Assembly: GCA_965204345.1 (NCBI GenBank)
Contig: CBDBEK010000002.1
Location: forward strand, 1 to 10,621
Direction: 5' to 3'
DNA: 10,621 nt
DNA from: Nitrosopumilus sp.
GTDB taxonomy: Archaea; Thermoproteota; Nitrososphaeria; Nitrososphaerales; Nitrosopumilaceae
How positions within the stretch are numbered: the first letter of the stretch is position 1; every line of letters begins with the position of its first letter. The notes beneath the pieces are model-generated. The model had not been told where the DNA came from. It ran no database searches and was given only the letters and a program-made list of their open reading frames with translations. The translations under genes were made by a program, and so were the position numbers. This document shows positions 8,197 through 10,621 of the stretch, one piece after another.

Positions 8197-8204
8197 TAAT
8201 AAAA
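8197..8204 (-). promoter_or_regulatory. Putative TATA box upstream of hsdS2
   Basis: TTTTATTA on the minus strand, 21-28 nt upstream of ATG 8176. SD-like GGTGG lies just before that ATG. Confidence 0.35.
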
Positions 8205-8206
8205 GA

Positions 8207-8476
8207 TTAGACAAGTGCATATTTTATCCATCTTTGAACTTCAAACATTTTTGATTTAATTCAGAGATGGTTTTCTTCTCGATAATATACCCTTCTCCGA
8301 TGCAAAGATAATCCAATCAATCTATCCTAAATTCTAAAGATCAGACATAGAAATTGTTCAGGCTTATACGTAGATTTTGGTATTTTTCACGCTAATCTTT
8401 GAATATTTATTCTCTTTTCTAAATCATACCGTGTAATGATATTTCTTATTTTAGGAGATATTCTTACATATTGAAA
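8207..8476 (-). pseudogene. tbp: Decayed TBP gene (second repeat only)
   Basis: Minus-strand translation FQYVRISPKIRNIITRYDLEKRINIQRLA*KIPKSTYKPEQFLCLIFRI*DRLIG / IFASEKGIL / KTISELNQ / FEVQRWIKYALV* is collinear with KITPKVQNIVARFDLKQNLPIEKLVRILPKSMYEPEQFPGLIYRIQDSCVALLFASGKGVIAGAKTIAEVNSAFFEIKARCI of the intact TBP. Stops at 8389-8387 and 8329-8327, plus frameshifts. Confidence 0.85.
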
Positions 8477-8569
8477 TCTCTAATTTATGGATAATTTTTC
8501 TAAATACCATGTAATAATATTTTCATTCTGAAAAATCTACTTTTTGATATTTATTAGAATGTACTTGTC

Positions 8570-9041
8570 AAGTCCTATCAATCTTAATCCACTTGATAAC
8601 TGTGCTATAATTTTGAGATGGTTTTTCCTGTTGCTCACATTCAATGTCTTGCGGCTCCTCTTCTGTGAGTGAGTGTTTTTCCTCTTTGATCATGTATGGA
8701 AAATCCAGAGAATTTTCCACAACCTCTTTTGTGATCTTTATGTTGTGATATATGAGGTATTTTTTTAAGACATGAAAAGACTGTCAGATATCGTTTGGAA
8801 ATATCTTCTTACGATTCCAGTTGATCCACTCTTGGAGCAACTTGTAAATCACTCTAGTTCTATTTTTTAATATTCTACTATTGATCTCACCCCTATCTTG
8901 TCATATTTTTCCTTACAGAGTTTATCAAAGTTCTTTATTATTGATTAAGAGTTTTTTTCTGCGTATTTACTGCCTCTGTCTGCAGCTTTTTCTGAAATGT
9001 TTGATGATCTTTTGAATTGTTAGGAAAGGTAGATAGTTCAT
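8570..9041 (-). pseudogene. Decayed tyrosine integrase, N-terminal half ending just after box I
   Basis: Minus-strand fragments: IIKNFDKLCKEKYD / IYKLLQEWINWNRKKIFPNDI*QSFHVLKKYLIYHNIKITKEVVENSLDFPYMIKEEKHSLTEEEPQD / LNVSNRKNHLKIIAQLSSGLRL. An LT.EE motif followed by SSGLR (Arg at 8584-8582) is the start of a tyrosine recombinase catalytic domain. Stop at 8786-8784 and several frameshifts. The 5' limit (ATG 9041) is approximate. Confidence 0.72.
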
Positions 9042-9110
9042 TATTTTACTAATAACCCCCAAAAAAATACTTATGCAAAATTATGATATTTAAAATTAAA
9101 TCAGCAGATT

Positions 9111-10268
9111 TTAAAAAAAATCAGAAATAACTTTCTGTCTGGTCAGTTCGACAACATTTCCATGCATGAGCCACTCAGATTTACTGATGCTCGTTTTATT
9201 TGAGGCCAAAGTTAGTGCGTGCTCAAAATCATCAGCAAAGAGATGCTTTTTATTCATTGCCTCCCTGACGCCCTCTCTCACTTGCCACACACCGACAGGG
9301 ATGGCATACTCGGGACGGATTTCTCGTAAAATTACAGCTCCTGCTTGAACTTTATTTTTGACAAGGTATTCTAAAACACCTAGTTTTGCAGCAAAATATG
9401 CACCGGCAATAGCGGGAGGATGATCAATTCCGCGGGCATCCTCACAGTCAGAGCCAAAACCCAAGACACCGTTAGAATACCAGGCCTCAATCATTTCATA
9501 GACCCATCGGTGTGGAAACAATACCACGCAAAAGATATTCCCCAAATGCTCATACGAAAAGACCCTGTGCGAGTCAATCAGGCCGTAGTTTAACACGTCC
9601 TCGGTAAGCGATTTGCAAATAATATCATCAGTTGCAGTAATACTCCATTTAGTAGGAACAAGCTTCCTTTTGCATCCGAGCATTCCAATACTGAAGCATT
9701 TTTGGATTTTTGAAATTTCTACTCCGGAATTATATAAATTTAAAACAGCATCTTGAGCTTTTAGATCCTTGTCATAGTATGTTTTTTCTATAGATTTTAC
9801 AGGGGCATTTGCAGAGAATTTTGCAGATTTTATTTGGCCAATAGGACCAAAAGGGGCACTCTCACCGTCAAGTGAAACACTAGGGGCAGCAGAACTCTGA
9901 AAAACTAGATCAGAATCAATAGGCCTTGAAGACATTGTAACTTCTTGGAGATTTTCAACGTATCGCCCGTCAGTCTGTCCTATTGGAATTTTTTGTGTGC
10001 CCCTGACCAAATTGAGCCTAAAATTTACAATGTCTTCTAAAGACTTTCCTGTCCATCGCTCAGGGCTATCTAACAGACTAGTATCCCCATGAATTGGGGG
10101 CACCATAGGACCAACGAGGACTTTGGGGTAGTTGTATGATCCAACAAATACAGACGGAGGACTAGCACCGCTCACAAAATCAGAAGAGAACAGATTGCCA
10201 TGCCTTAAAAGAGATTCGTGCCATCTAGACAGGATGGCTCTACGAATATTTTCAGAGTCTGAAATCAT
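9111..10268 (-). CDS. nreA: Archaeal Nre-family DNA repair protein (PCNA-interacting)
   Basis: SPPSVFVGSYNYPKV.VGP, LVPTKWSITATDD, GAYFAAKL, REIRPEYAIPVGVWQVREGVR and a C-terminal PIP box QKVISDFF. Confidence 0.92.
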   Translation of the reverse strand: MISDSENIRRAILSRWHESLLRHGNLFSSDFVSGASPPSVFVGSYNYPKVLVGPMVPPIHGDTSLLDSPERWTGKSLEDIVNFRLNLVRGTQKIPIGQTDGRYVENLQEVTMSSRPIDSDLVFQSSAAPSVSLDGESAPFGPIGQIKSAKFSANAPVKSIEKTYYDKDLKAQDAVLNLYNSGVEISKIQKCFSIGMLGCKRKLVPTKWSITATDDIICKSLTEDVLNYGLIDSHRVFSYEHLGNIFCVVLFPHRWVYEMIEAWYSNGVLGFGSDCEDARGIDHPPAIAGAYFAAKLGVLEYLVKNKVQAGAVILREIRPEYAIPVGVWQVREGVREAMNKKHLFADDFEHALTLASNKTSISKSEWLMHGNVVELTRQKVISDFF

Positions 10269-10291
10269 GGTTTTTGTACCTAAAAAATGCC

Positions 10292-10345
10292 TATTAACTT
10301 GCCTAATGACAAAAATTGATCGCCAGCAAACAGGGCGTTTAAGTA
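10292..10345. promoter_or_regulatory. Divergent promoter region (TATA boxes for nre and the btuF-like gene)
   Basis: TTAATA on - at 10297-10292 (24-29 nt before ATG 10268) and TTTAAGTA on + at 10338-10345 (22-29 nt before ATG 10367). Confidence 0.5.
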
Positions 10346-10366
10346 AAATATCATCTAGTCAAAACC

Positions 10367-10621
10367 ATGACAGTAAGTCGAATCGTCTCATTTGTGCCTA
10401 GCGGAACCGAACTAGTATACGAATTAGGGAGACAGGACAAGCTTAAGGGAGTAACACACGAATGCAGATATCCGCAGGATGCATGCTCAAAACCAAGAGT
10501 CATAGATACGGTGATTAATTCCAAGGAACTAACCAGCAAGGAAATAGATGCAGCAACTTGCAAGCTGCAAAGCGAGGGCAAAGACATTTTTGTTTTAAAT
10601 GAAGAAAATTTGAAAAATGCA
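10367..10621 (+). CDS. BtuF-like cobalamin/iron-siderophore binding protein (helical-backbone family), N-terminal part; runs off the window
   Basis: Manual translation MTVSRIVSFVPSGTELVYELGRQDKLKGVTHECRYPQDACSKPRV... matches the RIVSLxPSxTEILxALG...VGVTHECDYP family signature. Open for 85 codons to the window end. Confidence 0.88.
   Translation, partial: MTVSRIVSFVPSGTELVYELGRQDKLKGVTHECRYPQDACSKPRVIDTVINSKELTSKEIDAATCKLQSEGKDIFVLNEENLKNA

Larger units (their letters stand above)
1..9100. mobile_element. Putative integrated defence island (integrase, Type I R-M, accessory TBP); left boundary outside the window
   Basis: Integrase at the left, integrase remnant at the right and R-M cargo in between. 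Visibly more AT-rich than the nre/btuF-like genes right of ~9110. No att site or tRNA identified. Confidence 0.55.

Noticed and set aside
1-9041. Left C-terminal and right N-terminal integrase pieces as an SSV-type split int(N)/int(C)
   Set aside because: They are on opposite strands, the left piece is cut only by the window edge, the right piece is heavily decayed, and no tRNA or att repeat is visible.
9166-10587. ORFs at 9166-9348 (+), 10132-10401 (+) and 10351-10587 (-)
   Set aside because: They overlap nre or the real + strand BtuF-like gene at 10367 and have no family signatures.
1-10621. CRISPR array, tRNA, rRNA or IS element
   Set aside because: No regularly spaced repeats, cloverleaf-like GC-rich segment or transposase motifs seen.

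Overview
Archaeal DNA, most consistent with a Nitrosopumilaceae-type thaumarchaeon (TBP genes, Nre with a PIP box, TATA boxes about 25 nt upstream of start codons). Positions ~1-9100 form an AT-rich defence island. It holds the 3' end of a tyrosine recombinase, then a Type I restriction-modification locus in an unusual head-to-head layout: hsdS1-hsdM on +, hsdS2-tbp-hsdR on -. The two hsdS genes share an apparently perfect 739-bp inverted repeat (837-1575 / 6962-7700) but have different N-terminal target-recognition domains (TRDs), and only one carries the complete C-terminal helix. Recombination between the repeats would flip a 5.4-kb segment holding hsdM, hsdR and a divergent TATA-binding protein gene, and would swap the specificity. 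This is a candidate invertible, phase-variable R-M system in an archaeon. Shorter repeats flank every TRD. Beyond hsdS2 lie two decayed genes absent from the ORF track: a second tbp and the N-terminal half of another tyrosine integrase. The right end is ordinary host sequence (nre and a divergent BtuF-like gene).
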